From a virus: 64,000 bases of DNA. The position numbers and the translations under genes were made by a program. Below the pieces are notes generated by a model. It was not told the origin of the DNA and ran no database searches. It was given only the letters and a program-made list of their open reading frames with translations. Where the stretch lies: IMG/VR virus record IMGVR_UViG_3300045944_000276, positions 2,514 through 66,513 of that record; one strand, 5' to 3'. Shown one piece after another: positions 17,363 through 28,101 of the stretch. Position 1 is the stretch's first letter, and each line of letters begins with the position of its first letter.

Positions 17363-20300
17363 GCTGCCCTCCGTGTGATGACGCGTCGCGCTGGTTGCCG
17401 CGCGCCCTTGACCGTAAGCGCGTCGATCACGCGCGTTGATTCCATGCCGTAGCCCTTCGCTAGCCAATCGAACTGCCGCGCGACCGATCCTGCGCCGTTC
17501 AGGAACTCGATGTCGAAGCCGTTCCTGTCGGCGTTGCTGATGACGTGCCGATCCCCCACGCTCACGGTGTCGCCCGTGATCCCGAGCGCGGGCCGTTCCT
17601 TGAACGCGGGCTGATAAAGAACGCGCATGCCGCCAGCGGGACAGGCTACGTCGTATTGACCGTCAACCCTGTCCGTCATATCGATCTCGATCCACGCCTC
17701 GCCGATCAGCGCGCCCACGTCGGGCACGGCATCCGGCCCGATGTATTCAGCGACGAGACGGAACTGGAATTGCTGCCCGATGTAGTCGCCGACCTGGAAA
17801 CGCCGCCACGCGCCGAAGTTCGATTCGCCTAGTCCGATTGGGATCGCCGATGCGAGCGGTGTCCATTCCGACATCGTGCCCTCGGCGGTTACCCATCTGA
17901 TCTCGTGCCACACGTCCACGAGTTCCGCGATTGCGGATACCGCGCCCGTGTCGAGCACGACCGAGCCGCCGATGGGCGTCGCGCTCGCAAGCGGAAGCCA
18001 CGTTGCCATGACCGAATTCGCCGCGACTGCGCCGCCCGCAATCTTGCTCGTGAAGCGCGTCTGGAAGATCGCGCCGCCGTCGTAGAGGTCCGCGTAGTAA
18101 TACTCCGCGCGCTGCGCGTAGGTTCCCGGCGTAAGCTGCTCCGTCTCTAACGCGCCGCCCGCGAGCTTGAAATTGCTCTTGCTCCCCGGCCAGCCCTCTG
18201 GCTTGTCGTCCCACGTGGCGATTACGTTCAGTTGCCAGATGTTCTCCCCCGGCGTGAACGAGCTCGCGAATTCATCCGAGCGGTTGCCGCTCGTGTCGAT
18301 GGTCTTGATGTAATACGTTCCCAATCTGCTCGGCACATCCATCGAGCGCGTCGGGTAAGCGATCTGCGGCGCGAGAAGCGTCGATGCGCCATACGTCGCG
18401 CCATCGACGCGCGGATCGTAGCGGACCTCGTAGAAGTCGATATCCGGATCGCCGGGGTGCTCCCAGTTGAGCGTGATGGAATCGCGCTTCAAATCGAGAT
18501 CGAAGATAGGCGGCGCATTGGGCTTCGTGAAATCGCCAATCAGGTTGTCACACGTAGCGGGCGTCTCGGCGAGCGTGCGCTTCGCGCCGAAGGCATTGAC
18601 GCCGAGAACCCACACGCAGAAGTGCGTGCCGGGATAGGAGCGCAGCACGGACAAGTCGATGTCCTGCAGCCACTCCAGGTGCGGCGCATTGGAGCGCCCG
18701 AGGAGGACCGGCGTGCCGCCCTCGTGCAGATCCCACGCGAGCCACACTTCGTAGTTGACGTGCGTCGGCGCTACGTAGTCGCGCCAGTCGAAGGAGACCG
18801 TCAGGAGCGGCCGGCGATTCGCGTAGACGATTTTCTGCAGGATCGTGACGCGCGCGATCGGCGGGGGCGCGATGATGGACAGGTCGTGATCGACGACCGG
18901 ATCGTAGGGCGGGATCGCGCCGGTGTCCGCGCCGAAGATCGCCGCGCCCGCGTAGGGCACGAGCGTGAGCGACGCCGCCAGGTCGGGCTGCGGATTGATC
19001 GCGGCGACCAGGAACGGGTAAGTGACGCGGGACATTTCTCCCCACACGTGGAGATCGCCGACTCTGACGTTGCCCGTCGGGACCGGCGCCTGGGGAACGA
19101 CGGTGTAGGCGTCAACTTGCGCGCCGTATTGCCCCTGGTGGATGAGTCCGTCCTGCGCGCGGATCGTGAATCCGAAAGCGTTCGGCGTGCCCCCAAAATC
19201 GACCGGCTCCGTCAGCGTCCACTGATCGGCATATCCATCGCCGTTGTAGTGGACGTCTTTCAGACGCGACGGCAGTCCGCCGAGCATGGGCACGTCGTGC
19301 GCGACATGCACGAGATCGCCACGCGTGCAGATGAGGTTCTCGAGGTCCACGTCGAGCGTCCATGACTCCTGCCGGTGGATGCCCTGCGCCATGCGGTAGC
19401 GCGCATCGCACCATACCTGGTAGTCGCGCGTGACGCCGGGGAACTCGATCTGCTCGAATACGCTCGCATTGCCGAAGTTGTAGCCGTCGTTGTAGACGAC
19501 GAACTCCTCGACCTTCCAGGTGTGCCGGTTCATGAACTTCGCGCGGAACGCGTGCGGCGCTTCGATGAAGGTGCGCGTCCCTTGGAAGCCCCTGGAGTTG
19601 TGCGGCGTGAATACCTGAACCGGCGTCGTCCTGGGCTGGTCGATGATGACGCGCAGTCTCCCGTCTCCCGGCGTGAGCGTCGCGCGCCCCGCGGCCGTGA
19701 TGGTCTGCGCGAGCGCGAAGATCGTCGTGTTGTAGTCCACGACGTGATCGAACTTCGCGCGCATGTTGCCCGTCGCCGGATGGATGGAATCGCAGTAGTC
19801 GGCCCAATCGATGAAACTCTGCCAGTCGATCTTCGCGTCCGTGATGGGGCGCTTGTTCTGCTTTCCGCGCAGCACCTCGAGGAGACACCACGCCGGATTG
19901 TTGGAGATTTCGTAGCGCCACGCCCCGGCGCGATACACCATTAGATACGACTGCGCGAAGCATGAGAGCTCCTCCAGGACGCCGCTCACCTGGTCATTCG
20001 CCTTCACGCGCAGTTCGAGCAACGTGTGCTCGGTTCGCAGATTGATCGCGGGCACGGTTGCGAGGATCGTCGTCACGCCCGCAAGGATCATGTCGCCGTA
20101 GACCGTGCGGTCGTCGCCGAAGCCCGCCGCTTGCAGCGCGCGGATCGTGTAGCGCCGGCCCGTAACCATTTCCGCCGTCGGGCGCACCGTGACCGAGAGC
20201 GCCAATTGCTGGATGCGTGAGTCGCGGATTTCGTAAGTGCCGCCGACATCGTAGAGCGTGACGAGCGGCGGCGAAGCGTAGGTCTCCGTCGTGTATCCAT

Positions 20301-21690
20301 CCTCGCCCGTTACGTTGAGATATACCTGCGTCACGATTTCCGTTTGCAGCGGCGGCGATATGCCGACCATGACGGGCGTCGTGCCGACGTTCCCCTGTAT
20401 CGTGTAAGTCGTGCCGTTGTATGCGAAGTGCGCGCCAGCGCCCATCGCGAAGGTCGTCGCGCGCAGCGTGATCGCTGTCGTGCCGACTGGGTAGCCGTCC
20501 GTGGAAGTGTAGGTGCGCGGCCGGATCACGCGCTCCCCAACGCGCGGCACGCGCAGGTCGCCACCGTCCGTTCGATCTGGCGGCGGTCCTCCCCATGATC
20601 CCTCCGGGTCATCCGGATTGGGGCTGGCGGAATAATCCGAGCGCAGTTGTTGGCCGCCCGTCACTTCCGCATTCGTGCCCGACGCCTGATTGATCGGGCG
20701 CGAGGACCACCACTGATAGGAACCCTCGACGGGTCGCCAGTTCTCCTGTTCGTAGTCGGCATATTGCAGGTAGAACTTGACGATGTTCTGGAGCGCCCCG
20801 CCGCTCGCCTGGTCGATTGCCGCGACGCCCTGCGGGAATACGAACGTGACGACGAAGTAGCCTGCATCCGTCACGGTATCGACCTGATGCCACGCGCCGT
20901 CACTCAATTGCAGGTTGTATTGGTCGTCGTGACGCGCGCCCCAATACCATGCGAGACCCGGCGTCCTGGTGTTGCGGTGGACGTAGTAGCTCGCGTTCTG
21001 GAAATAGCTGATGTGGCTCGCGCCGATGCGAACGTCGCTCACTTCGTAGTCGCCCGCGCCGATGTCGTAGAGCGTCGTCATGTATTGATCGTCGCCGTAG
21101 ACTTCCACGATGGGACGACCGACGACGACCGGCCAGACGCGATGCGTGCCGAATACGCGGCGCACCGGCCCGAACGGATCGAGGACGTTACTTTGCCCCT
21201 GCAGCGAGTAGGTCGGCGACGCGGACGCGCTGCTGGTGGATGCGCTCGCCGCCGAGATCGACGGCGTCGAGGGCTTGAAGAGCGCGCCCAATGCGAGGTT
21301 CGCCGCCATGCCGATCGCCCCGCTCAGCGCCGCCGTGTAGGTGACGCCGAAGGCGATCGTCGCTCCTCCGGCGTAGGCCGTTCCCGCGAGCAGCGCGCCC
21401 GCCACATACGGCGCGACGACGGCAATCGCAATCGAGGCGATCAGCGCAAGCGCGTTCTTTTTACCGCCACCGCCCTTGCCCGGGACGATGGCGACGATGA
21501 CCGTCGCGTGTGCCTTCGGCGTGACGCTCGGCCACCACTCGCGCGGGATCTCGACGCCGTTCACCGCGACGACGATGAACTCCGCGTCGATCGACGGGGC
21601 GAAAGCCTCGACCAGTTGCGCACAGGTCATGCCCTCCTCGGCGAAGCCTCTCGAGCGACGCTTGTCGAGCCGCTGCGTTAGAACTTCCAC
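17359..21690 (-). CDS. Tail tip/host-specificity protein (lambda I/J-like fusion)
   Basis: 1443 aa. Ubiquitin-like N-terminus plus hydrophobic glycine-rich region, SNNPAWCL motif, FN3-like C-terminal domains. Confidence 0.88.
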   Translation of the reverse strand: MEVLTQRLDKRRSRGFAEEGMTCAQLVEAFAPSIDAEFIVVAVNGVEIPREWWPSVTPKAHATVIVAIVPGKGGGGKKNALALIASIAIAVVAPYVAGALLAGTAYAGGATIAFGVTYTAALSGAIGMAANLALGALFKPSTPSISAASASTSSASASPTYSLQGQSNVLDPFGPVRRVFGTHRVWPVVVGRPIVEVYGDDQYMTTLYDIGAGDYEVSDVRIGASHISYFQNASYYVHRNTRTPGLAWYWGARHDDQYNLQLSDGAWHQVDTVTDAGYFVVTFVFPQGVAAIDQASGGALQNIVKFYLQYADYEQENWRPVEGSYQWWSSRPINQASGTNAEVTGGQQLRSDYSASPNPDDPEGSWGGPPPDRTDGGDLRVPRVGERVIRPRTYTSTDGYPVGTTAITLRATTFAMGAGAHFAYNGTTYTIQGNVGTTPVMVGISPPLQTEIVTQVYLNVTGEDGYTTETYASPPLVTLYDVGGTYEIRDSRIQQLALSVTVRPTAEMVTGRRYTIRALQAAGFGDDRTVYGDMILAGVTTILATVPAINLRTEHTLLELRVKANDQVSGVLEELSCFAQSYLMVYRAGAWRYEISNNPAWCLLEVLRGKQNKRPITDAKIDWQSFIDWADYCDSIHPATGNMRAKFDHVVDYNTTIFALAQTITAAGRATLTPGDGRLRVIIDQPRTTPVQVFTPHNSRGFQGTRTFIEAPHAFRAKFMNRHTWKVEEFVVYNDGYNFGNASVFEQIEFPGVTRDYQVWCDARYRMAQGIHRQESWTLDVDLENLICTRGDLVHVAHDVPMLGGLPSRLKDVHYNGDGYADQWTLTEPVDFGGTPNAFGFTIRAQDGLIHQGQYGAQVDAYTVVPQAPVPTGNVRVGDLHVWGEMSRVTYPFLVAAINPQPDLAASLTLVPYAGAAIFGADTGAIPPYDPVVDHDLSIIAPPPIARVTILQKIVYANRRPLLTVSFDWRDYVAPTHVNYEVWLAWDLHEGGTPVLLGRSNAPHLEWLQDIDLSVLRSYPGTHFCVWVLGVNAFGAKRTLAETPATCDNLIGDFTKPNAPPIFDLDLKRDSITLNWEHPGDPDIDFYEVRYDPRVDGATYGASTLLAPQIAYPTRSMDVPSRLGTYYIKTIDTSGNRSDEFASSFTPGENIWQLNVIATWDDKPEGWPGSKSNFKLAGGALETEQLTPGTYAQRAEYYYADLYDGGAIFQTRFTSKIAGGAVAANSVMATWLPLASATPIGGSVVLDTGAVSAIAELVDVWHEIRWVTAEGTMSEWTPLASAIPIGLGESNFGAWRRFQVGDYIGQQFQFRLVAEYIGPDAVPDVGALIGEAWIEIDMTDRVDGQYDVACPAGGMRVLYQPAFKERPALGITGDTVSVGDRHVISNADRNGFDIEFLNGAGSVARQFDWLAKGYGMESTRVIDALTVKGARQPARRVITRRAA

Positions 21691-22076
21691 CGATAGGCTC
21701 CGTAGAAGCGATCGCGCCAGCGCACTGACCCTATCGGCTCGATGACCGAGCCGTGTCCCTCGTCCGTGTGCAGCATGCGCCCGCCGTCCAGGAAAATCCC
21801 CGTGTGCCAGGGCGCGCGCGTGATGCGGAATACCAGCACGTCGCCAAAGAGCGGCGGATCGACCGCCACCCAGTCGGGGATCGCGCGCACGATGGCGCCG
21901 CTCGCTTCCTCGAAGCTCAAAGAGGAGCGGTAGAACGCCATGTAATCGGGGATCGTCTTGCCGAGCTCCTCGCGGTAGAAGAAGCGCACCAGTTGCCAGC
22001 AGTCGAGGCCGCGCGCGGGATCGGCTCCCTTGTCCACGTAAGGAATGCCGACGTATTGACTGAGATCGCGCATCAC
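21678..22076 (-). CDS. NlpC/P60 tail tip protein
   Basis: YVGIPY...GLDCWQLV...HTGI...MLH. Confidence 0.9.
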   Translation of the reverse strand: MMRDLSQYVGIPYVDKGADPARGLDCWQLVRFFYREELGKTIPDYMAFYRSSLSFEEASGAIVRAIPDWVAVDPPLFGDVLVFRITRAPWHTGIFLDGGRMLHTDEGHGSVIEPIGSVRWRDRFYGAYRWKF

Positions 22077-22546
22077 GCGAAGACGCTCGGAAACTGCGCC
22101 GGGTCGTAGCTGTCGGCGGGATAAGGCGCGTTCAAGAGATCGCCCGAGATCAACCGCCCGCTGATCGACTGCATGTCGTAGCTGATGTCGATGATCTGCA
22201 GGTCCTCGAGCCGCATCTCGATCACGTCGGGCTGAGTGCTGAGAACCAGGTAGAGATTGATCGAGGGCGCACTCGGTAGCCCGCGGATGACCTCGATCAG
22301 CATCCGGTCGACGTTGTCGAACTTGACCTCGACGCTCGGGATGGTCTGCCCGTCATCGACGGCGAGCGTCAATTCGAACGGATACGCGGTCCAGAGATTG
22401 CCGAGCGCAACCACGTTTTGGGTGTTGTTGACGAACAGATACGGCGTGGGCAATTCCGGATGATGAATGCTAATCAGGAAAAACCACGCGCTGCCGGTCT
22501 GGAGTGCATTAAGCGATGCGACCGCCTGCCCGGATAGCGTCCTCAC
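22073..22546 (-). CDS. Minor tail protein (DUF1833-like)
   Basis: ISIHHP...VNNT...AYPFELTL...DNV...P.QFP. Synteny. Confidence 0.8.
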   Translation of the reverse strand: MRTLSGQAVASLNALQTGSAWFFLISIHHPELPTPYLFVNNTQNVVALGNLWTAYPFELTLAVDDGQTIPSVEVKFDNVDRMLIEVIRGLPSAPSINLYLVLSTQPDVIEMRLEDLQIIDISYDMQSISGRLISGDLLNAPYPADSYDPAQFPSVFA

Positions 22547-22899
22547 GGCAGCGCTTCCAGCCGGAACGCCGCGCGCCAGGCGATGCCGAGCGCGGAGAAC
22601 TGCGGCGGCGCGGCGAAGCGAAAGGAGGTCTGCACCCCGGTGATCGGGTGCGGCATCAGGATCGTGTCGGTGCCGCCCTGGCAGATGATGTAGTAGAAGT
22701 CGCGGAGCTTCTGATACTCGGCGGCGTTCCGCAGCACGATCGAGCACTCGTAGGTGCGCACCGGGTTGATGAATCGCCGGCGCACCTTGGGCGGGCCGGT
22801 GTCCATGTCGGTGCGGATGGTGACTTCCTGCGGCGTCTCGCTGAACGCGTCGGAGGTGAACGCCTTGCTGATCTCGGGGGGCCAGGGGTTATTGGGCAT
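22543..22899 (-). CDS. Distal tail protein
   Basis: WP...IRTDMDTGPPKVRRR, directly after the tape measure gene. Confidence 0.8.
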   Translation of the reverse strand: MPNNPWPPEISKAFTSDAFSETPQEVTIRTDMDTGPPKVRRRFINPVRTYECSIVLRNAAEYQKLRDFYYIICQGGTDTILMPHPITGVQTSFRFAAPPQFSALGIAWRAAFRLEALP

Positions 22900-24920
22900 C
22901 AGCGCGCTCCCTGGCGGTTCAGTCCGTAGGTCGTGCCCATCACGCCGTCGAACGCGCCCGAGCGGAATCCCGCGCTGACGGCGTCCTTGACCATCAACTC
23001 GATGATTCGCCGGCCGTTAACGTCGCTCCGCGTCTGCGTCGTCACTTCCGCCTTGGACTCGTTGTAAACATTGACGATGACGCCCGAGCCGCTCGCGTCC
23101 ACGCCGAGCGAGCCGTCGGCCCCGCGTTTCAACGGCATGATCGCTTCCGGCCCCGCCTCGGCGAATACGCCGGCGCCCTGCGCGAACTTGAAAAGACGCG
23201 GGCTGTCGTAGACCCCGCCCGAGTAGCGCGAGAGCGAGGCCGAGTTGTAGACCCCGCCGAGCGCACTCGGCGTCAACATGCCGCCGGCGCCCCCTTTGAT
23301 CCAGCCCTTGAATCCGGCCATCAGCGGCTCGATCAAGAGCATCTGCGTTGCCATCTTTGCCAGGTCTCGCAGGATCGAGGTCGCCATGTCGCTGAACGAC
23401 TTCTTCGCGTCGTCCGCCCCGCTCGCGAAGTCGACCAGGGAATCGCTGATGGACTTCGCGTAGCCGTCCACCTTGTCGGCGAGCGTCTCGAGCATCCGTT
23501 CCATGTCGCTCGTGGTCTTGGTCGTCTCGCGCGTGATGCGGTTTATCCGGTCGAGTCCGTTCTCATACATCTGCAGCGTGATCTCGCCGTTGAAGTAAGC
23601 CTCATCGAGGAGTGTCGTCAGTTCGATCAGCTTCACCACGCCGGCCGCGCCCGTGAGCTCGTCGAGCGTCCTCTTCCGTTTCTCCTCCTCGATCCGCATC
23701 GCCTCGGTGCCGCTCTTGCCGTCGTTCAGCGCGAGGCCCAGCTCGCGCTCGGCAGCGATCTGCAGGTCGATGCTCTCGACGAGCGACCTGATGCCCTCCT
23801 CGCGCTCCCTCCTCTGCCGCTCCGCTTCCTTTCTCGCTTCCTCTGCCGCCTTCCTGGCCGCGTCACCGCTTCCCGGCTTCCTGAAGTCGAGTTCCTTATC
23901 GCCCGTTTCCATGCCGCGCGTATCGCGGCGCTGATGCGGCGGCAGGAGCGCGAGCGCCTGCTCCTGCGACTGCATCTTGAGGAATTCAATCTGCCGCTTG
24001 ATCGCTGCGTTCTGCGCCTCGTAGGCAGGAATTACGCCCGCTCGCCCCTGCGAGATGGCTTTCGCCATCAGTTGTTGATTCTTCTCCAGACGCTCGTTCA
24101 GCGACTTGATGTTCTCCTGCGGATTCTTGAACGGGTTGATCGTGCCGAACTCGAACAGCGATCGCCAGAAACCGCCAGAGATTTGGATGCCTTTCTGCAT
24201 CTCGTCGGTCGCCTTTTGCAGCATCGGGATCAATTCGCGCGCGAGCGCCTGCGCGCCCTCGATCCACGAGTTCTCCAGACGGCGCATCGACTTCTGCAAT
24301 TCCTCCGCGGCCGCCGCCTGCTCTTTCGTCACCTTCGCGGTCACGCCCTGCTCGGTCGCCAGGTCGCGCATGAAAGGCAGCGCTTCCTGCGCGCTCTTAC
24401 CCGTGAGCGCCATGATCGCCGCCGTCTTGGCCCCGCTGTCCGCGAACTGGTTGAACGCGAGGGCGACCTGCTTCATGGCATCGGCCGGGTCCATCGCGCG
24501 CAGTTCCGCGACCGAGAGGCCGACCGCCTTCAGCGCAGCGGCGCCGGCCTTGCCTTCCTCGTCGGACTCGTGCAGTGCCTTGTTGAGCTTCACCAGGAAG
24601 TCCTCGACGACGCCCATGTCGGTGCCCGATATGCGCGCGACCTGCTGGAGCACCGACAGGTTCTCCACGCTCGCGCCGGTTTTCTCTGAGAGGTCGTCGA
24701 GCGCCGCCGCAGCGTCGATGCTCTTATTCACAAACGCAGTCAACGCGCCGACGGAGAGCGCGGGGAGGAGCGCCAGGGCAAAGCCCTGGACCGCGTTCGT
24801 CATGGCGGAAATCTGCTTCTCTATCGCCCCGGTGGACGACTGCAGCTTCTTCAGCTGCGCGAGGGAGTCCTGCGCGAGCTTTACCTGGAGCTCGTAGATC
24901 CGGGTCGTGGTCTCGGCCAT
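22899..24920 (-). CDS. Tail tape measure protein
   Basis: 673 aa, helical. C-terminus FSDMATSILRDL...ALGG...EAGPEAIMPLKRG. Confidence 0.92.
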   Translation of the reverse strand: MAETTTRIYELQVKLAQDSLAQLKKLQSSTGAIEKQISAMTNAVQGFALALLPALSVGALTAFVNKSIDAAAALDDLSEKTGASVENLSVLQQVARISGTDMGVVEDFLVKLNKALHESDEEGKAGAAALKAVGLSVAELRAMDPADAMKQVALAFNQFADSGAKTAAIMALTGKSAQEALPFMRDLATEQGVTAKVTKEQAAAAEELQKSMRRLENSWIEGAQALARELIPMLQKATDEMQKGIQISGGFWRSLFEFGTINPFKNPQENIKSLNERLEKNQQLMAKAISQGRAGVIPAYEAQNAAIKRQIEFLKMQSQEQALALLPPHQRRDTRGMETGDKELDFRKPGSGDAARKAAEEARKEAERQRREREEGIRSLVESIDLQIAAERELGLALNDGKSGTEAMRIEEEKRKRTLDELTGAAGVVKLIELTTLLDEAYFNGEITLQMYENGLDRINRITRETTKTTSDMERMLETLADKVDGYAKSISDSLVDFASGADDAKKSFSDMATSILRDLAKMATQMLLIEPLMAGFKGWIKGGAGGMLTPSALGGVYNSASLSRYSGGVYDSPRLFKFAQGAGVFAEAGPEAIMPLKRGADGSLGVDASGSGVIVNVYNESKAEVTTQTRSDVNGRRIIELMVKDAVSAGFRSGAFDGVMGTTYGLNRQGAR

Positions 24921-25648
24921 CAGTGCCCCCGCCCGCGCACTTTCATGCAGACCTTGATCGCCGGTATCCGGTCGACGCTAGTGCGCCCGCCCACGTTGAG
25001 ATTCGACACCTGGACGTAGATGTCCTTCACGTCCAGGCTCGGGTAGCGCCGCTGCACCTGCTTCGCGCTCGTCTCGAATACGGATTTCGAGACCATGCGC
25101 ACCTTGCCCGTGCCCCTTTCATAGCGCCGCTTCTTGTCGCGCGAGCGGCGCATGCCGCGCTCGCCGCTCTTCGTGAGCCACTGCCACTTGCGCACATGCA
25201 CGATCGGGAGCGCTACGTAGAGATCGAGCGCGGCAGGATTCTGCACCGACATGGCAATCGCCCGCGGCTCACCCGGCGTGATCCCTCGTTCCTTGCCGAT
25301 GCTGTAGTAGAACTTGAGCGCGCCAAGCGTTGCGCCGGTCACGCGCCGCCCGTTCGCCATCAGGGCCTCGCGCGCGGCTATCGTGGCATTGGCGAGCGCC
25401 TGGCGGTCGGCGAACCACACGCGCACCGAGCGCTCGACCTCTTCGATGTCCTTCCCGCGCCGGCCGTCCACGAGCATGCCGGTCGGCTTGTTGCCCATGT
25501 CGGACTGCGCGGCGACCTCCTGCAGCGCGATCGTGCGCAGGACGTGTCTGTAGTCGCGCTCGGCGACCTGCAGGATGTCCTTGTAGACCAAGCCGCGCTG
25601 CGCCGAGCTAATTACGGGGATTGCCGCTACCGCGGGGAGTGCTTGCAC
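24920..25648 (-). CDS. Conserved basic tail-region protein
   Basis: Homologue at 59074-59808. Position between the chaperones and the tape measure gene. Confidence 0.7.
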   Translation of the reverse strand: MQALPAVAAIPVISSAQRGLVYKDILQVAERDYRHVLRTIALQEVAAQSDMGNKPTGMLVDGRRGKDIEEVERSVRVWFADRQALANATIAAREALMANGRRVTGATLGALKFYYSIGKERGITPGEPRAIAMSVQNPAALDLYVALPIVHVRKWQWLTKSGERGMRRSRDKKRRYERGTGKVRMVSKSVFETSAKQVQRRYPSLDVKDIYVQVSNLNVGGRTSVDRIPAIKVCMKVRGRGH

Positions 25649-25934
25649 GCTTTGCCTTCCTCAGTTGTTTCTGGTGATCCTCAAGCATCGACGCCGCGCG
25701 CCGCAGCACCGGCAGCAACCATTCGAGTTCTATCCCGTAGTAGTCACCCCACTCGCGGATCGGCATCCACTCGACGTTGCCGCCAAGGTCGCGCCACGCA
25801 TCGAGCGCCGGCACGAGCCACAGCGGCACATCCGGGCGCGCCTCGAGCGCCGGCACTCTCTTGCCGCGCGCTTGCGCCTTCTCCAGTTCTTCAATGTGTT
25901 CGCCATATTGCTCATGCCAGATCAGGATTTTCCC
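25608..25934 (-). CDS. Tail assembly chaperone, -1 frameshift extension (GT-like)
   Basis: No start of its own. Entered at the slippery GGGAAAA (25928-25934). Conserved at 59768-60094. Confidence 0.75.
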   Translation of the reverse strand, partial: GKILIWHEQYGEHIEELEKAQARGKRVPALEARPDVPLWLVPALDAWRDLGGNVEWMPIREWGDYYGIELEWLLPVLRRAASMLEDHQKQLRKAKRASTPRGSGNPRN

Positions 25935-26341
25935 AACTGCTCGCCGTCCTCCCGCACGGTCACGAGCCGGAAGCGCGCCTCGTCGAGCGCGGCCTCCTTG
26001 ATCCTTTCCCAGATCCTCGGACAATCCTGCATCAGCTCGATGCAGTTCTGACGGTTGAATTCCAGCGGCTGGTCGTGGCCGTTGGTGACGTTGCGCCAGC
26101 CGATGATCACGCTCTCCGCGAACGCCTCGATCAGGATGTCCTCGATCACCGCGTGCGCCCGCGCGCCGCCGGCGTTCAACTCGGCCCGGCGCTTGTCCGC
26201 GGCGAGCGCTCTCGCATAGTTGTATTGGCGATTGATCTCGAGCGACGAGCGGACGATGAACTCCCACTCGTCGAACTGGACGACCGCGCCCGCCTTTTCG
26301 GCCTCGCGGTCAACGCCATACTTGTCGCGCGGATTGCTCAT
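25922..26341 (-). CDS. Tail assembly chaperone (G-like)
   Basis: Follows the major tail gene. GWRNV...F.R.NC..L. Ends LGKS. Confidence 0.8.
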   Translation of the reverse strand: MSNPRDKYGVDREAEKAGAVVQFDEWEFIVRSSLEINRQYNYARALAADKRRAELNAGGARAHAVIEDILIEAFAESVIIGWRNVTNGHDQPLEFNRQNCIELMQDCPRIWERIKEAALDEARFRLVTVREDGEQLGKS

Positions 26342-27330
26342 GCGGTAGCGAATTGCACCTGCAACTCGGGCTGGACTGTCGCAGCAGTGACGATGCTCGC
26401 TCCGCGCGTGACCTTGACCGTGCATTGCTCGGTCTCGTCGTAGAGCGCCTGCACTTCCATTGCGACCGTCACGTCGGTGTCGGTGCCCGGTGCCGTGACC
26501 GGCGCGGCAGTCATCTTGCAGCGCGGGAAGTCGAAGAGATATTCCAGCACGCCCGCCGCATCGTTCAACTGGACCGAGACCGGAAATTCCGACTGGTCGA
26601 TCAACGCCTGGACCGGCTCATTAGTGGCGTAGTAGAGCGTCGCGCTGATCGTCGCGTTCAAGCGCCCGCGCACGGTCTCTTTCGTCCCGAGCGTGCCGAT
26701 GCATTGGATGGAACGCGAGTTGGAATCGAAGCTCATCTCCACCGCGTTGAAGCACGCCGTTGCCGCGATACCGCCCATCGAGACGACGACATTCTGCGGC
26801 ACCAGCACCGGCTCGACGCCGGGGTCGGGATAGGTCGCGCCCGTGATGATCGTGCTCCCGAGCGTGAGTTCGCCGCCGATCGTGCCCACGCTCCCGGTGA
26901 TCGGTTCGGCCGGCGCGATCGAGATCGTCATCGTGGCGAACGCGGTCTTGTCGAAGCGGTGATAGGAGTCCGTGCCCGCCGTCGGAATGTCGGGGAAGGT
27001 CTTCTCGAGCAGATACTGGCGCAGCGTCGAGCCGTTCTTGAGCACGTCCGCGGTCCACGCGCCGCCGAGCACGGCTTGCAGATACGCCTCGAACGCATCA
27101 TGGTCGGACAACTCCAGCGACAGGTCGCCGGTCGACTCCCCGCCCGTCAGGATGGAATCGCGGATGTTGCCGCTCGCGTCGAACTCCTGCGAGGTCGTCA
27201 CGGTCGGCGCGAAGGCGACGCCCTCGCCCGTCAAACGCGCGACGGTGAATACCGGGGTGGCGGGCACGGCGGGCGGCGCACCGGTCATTTCGACGAATGC
27301 AACTCTTACCAGGTCAGCGGCGAGGGGCAT
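26338..27330 (-). CDS. Major tail tube protein
   Basis: 330 aa, beta-rich, GGAG RBS, synteny. Confidence 0.85.
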   Translation of the reverse strand: MPLAADLVRVAFVEMTGAPPAVPATPVFTVARLTGEGVAFAPTVTTSQEFDASGNIRDSILTGGESTGDLSLELSDHDAFEAYLQAVLGGAWTADVLKNGSTLRQYLLEKTFPDIPTAGTDSYHRFDKTAFATMTISIAPAEPITGSVGTIGGELTLGSTIITGATYPDPGVEPVLVPQNVVVSMGGIAATACFNAVEMSFDSNSRSIQCIGTLGTKETVRGRLNATISATLYYATNEPVQALIDQSEFPVSVQLNDAAGVLEYLFDFPRCKMTAAPVTAPGTDTDVTVAMEVQALYDETEQCTVKVTRGASIVTAATVQPELQVQFATA

Positions 27331-27340
27331 GATGGAGCTC

Positions 27341-27745
27341 CTATACGTAGTAGTCGTGCGCAAACGCGAAATCGACGGCACAGATGAGCCATCTGCCATC
27401 AGAGAAATCGGACGGCGCGGGCGGGATCGCGCCCATGACGCGAATCCCGTTCATGCGAAATCTGCGGAAGTGCGCGAGGACCGCGCTCGCCTGGTCGATG
27501 ATCGCGACCTCGCCGGCGCCGGTCTTGCCGACGACGTAGACGCGGAACGTGCCCATTTCGCGACAGCAGGTCGGCGTGCCGATGGCGACCGCGTTGTCCG
27601 AGATCGGAATGAAGTCCGTCGTGGCCCACAGGTCGGGCAGCAGCGTGTTGTCCACGCGCACGCCCAGGGTGTCGTACTGCGGCAGCGCCGGGAAGGCGGC
27701 GGCGAGTTCGGCGCGGAAGGCGATACGTGCGGTGGCCGAGCTCAT
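27341..27745 (-). CDS. Tail terminator/completion protein
   Basis: Synteny. Homologue at 61473-61883. Confidence 0.7.
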   Translation of the reverse strand: MSSATARIAFRAELAAAFPALPQYDTLGVRVDNTLLPDLWATTDFIPISDNAVAIGTPTCCREMGTFRVYVVGKTGAGEVAIIDQASAVLAHFRRFRMNGIRVMGAIPPAPSDFSDGRWLICAVDFAFAHDYYV

Positions 27746-28101
27746 CAGTTGCCCCGGATGGAAGCGATCAGGAGCGGCAAGTGGTCTTCCGCCGTCACCG
27801 GATGCACTTCGAGGATCGTGTAGATGCGCTTGAACCCGTCGACATCAAGAGTCAGCGTGTCGAATTGCTGCGGCATCCGATTGGGCGCAACGAAGTCACC
27901 CGGCGATAGCACCGCCTTGGCGCTCTCGCTGTTCAAGTCCTGCAAGAGAGCCGCCGGGTCGGTGTCGCGATAGATGTAGGTTTTCAGCAGGCGCCCGCTC
28001 GCAGCGCCCTGCTCGGTAAATGTGACCGTCGAGCCGGCGAACGCGATCAGCTCGCGCGCGCGCGCCTTGATCTCGTTCCAATCGATCGCCGGGAGCGCCA
28101 T
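27745..28101 (-). CDS. Head closure/head-tail joining protein
   Basis: Synteny. Homologue at 61883-62233. Confidence 0.7.
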   Translation of the reverse strand: MALPAIDWNEIKARARELIAFAGSTVTFTEQGAASGRLLKTYIYRDTDPAALLQDLNSESAKAVLSPGDFVAPNRMPQQFDTLTLDVDGFKRIYTILEVHPVTAEDHLPLLIASIRGN

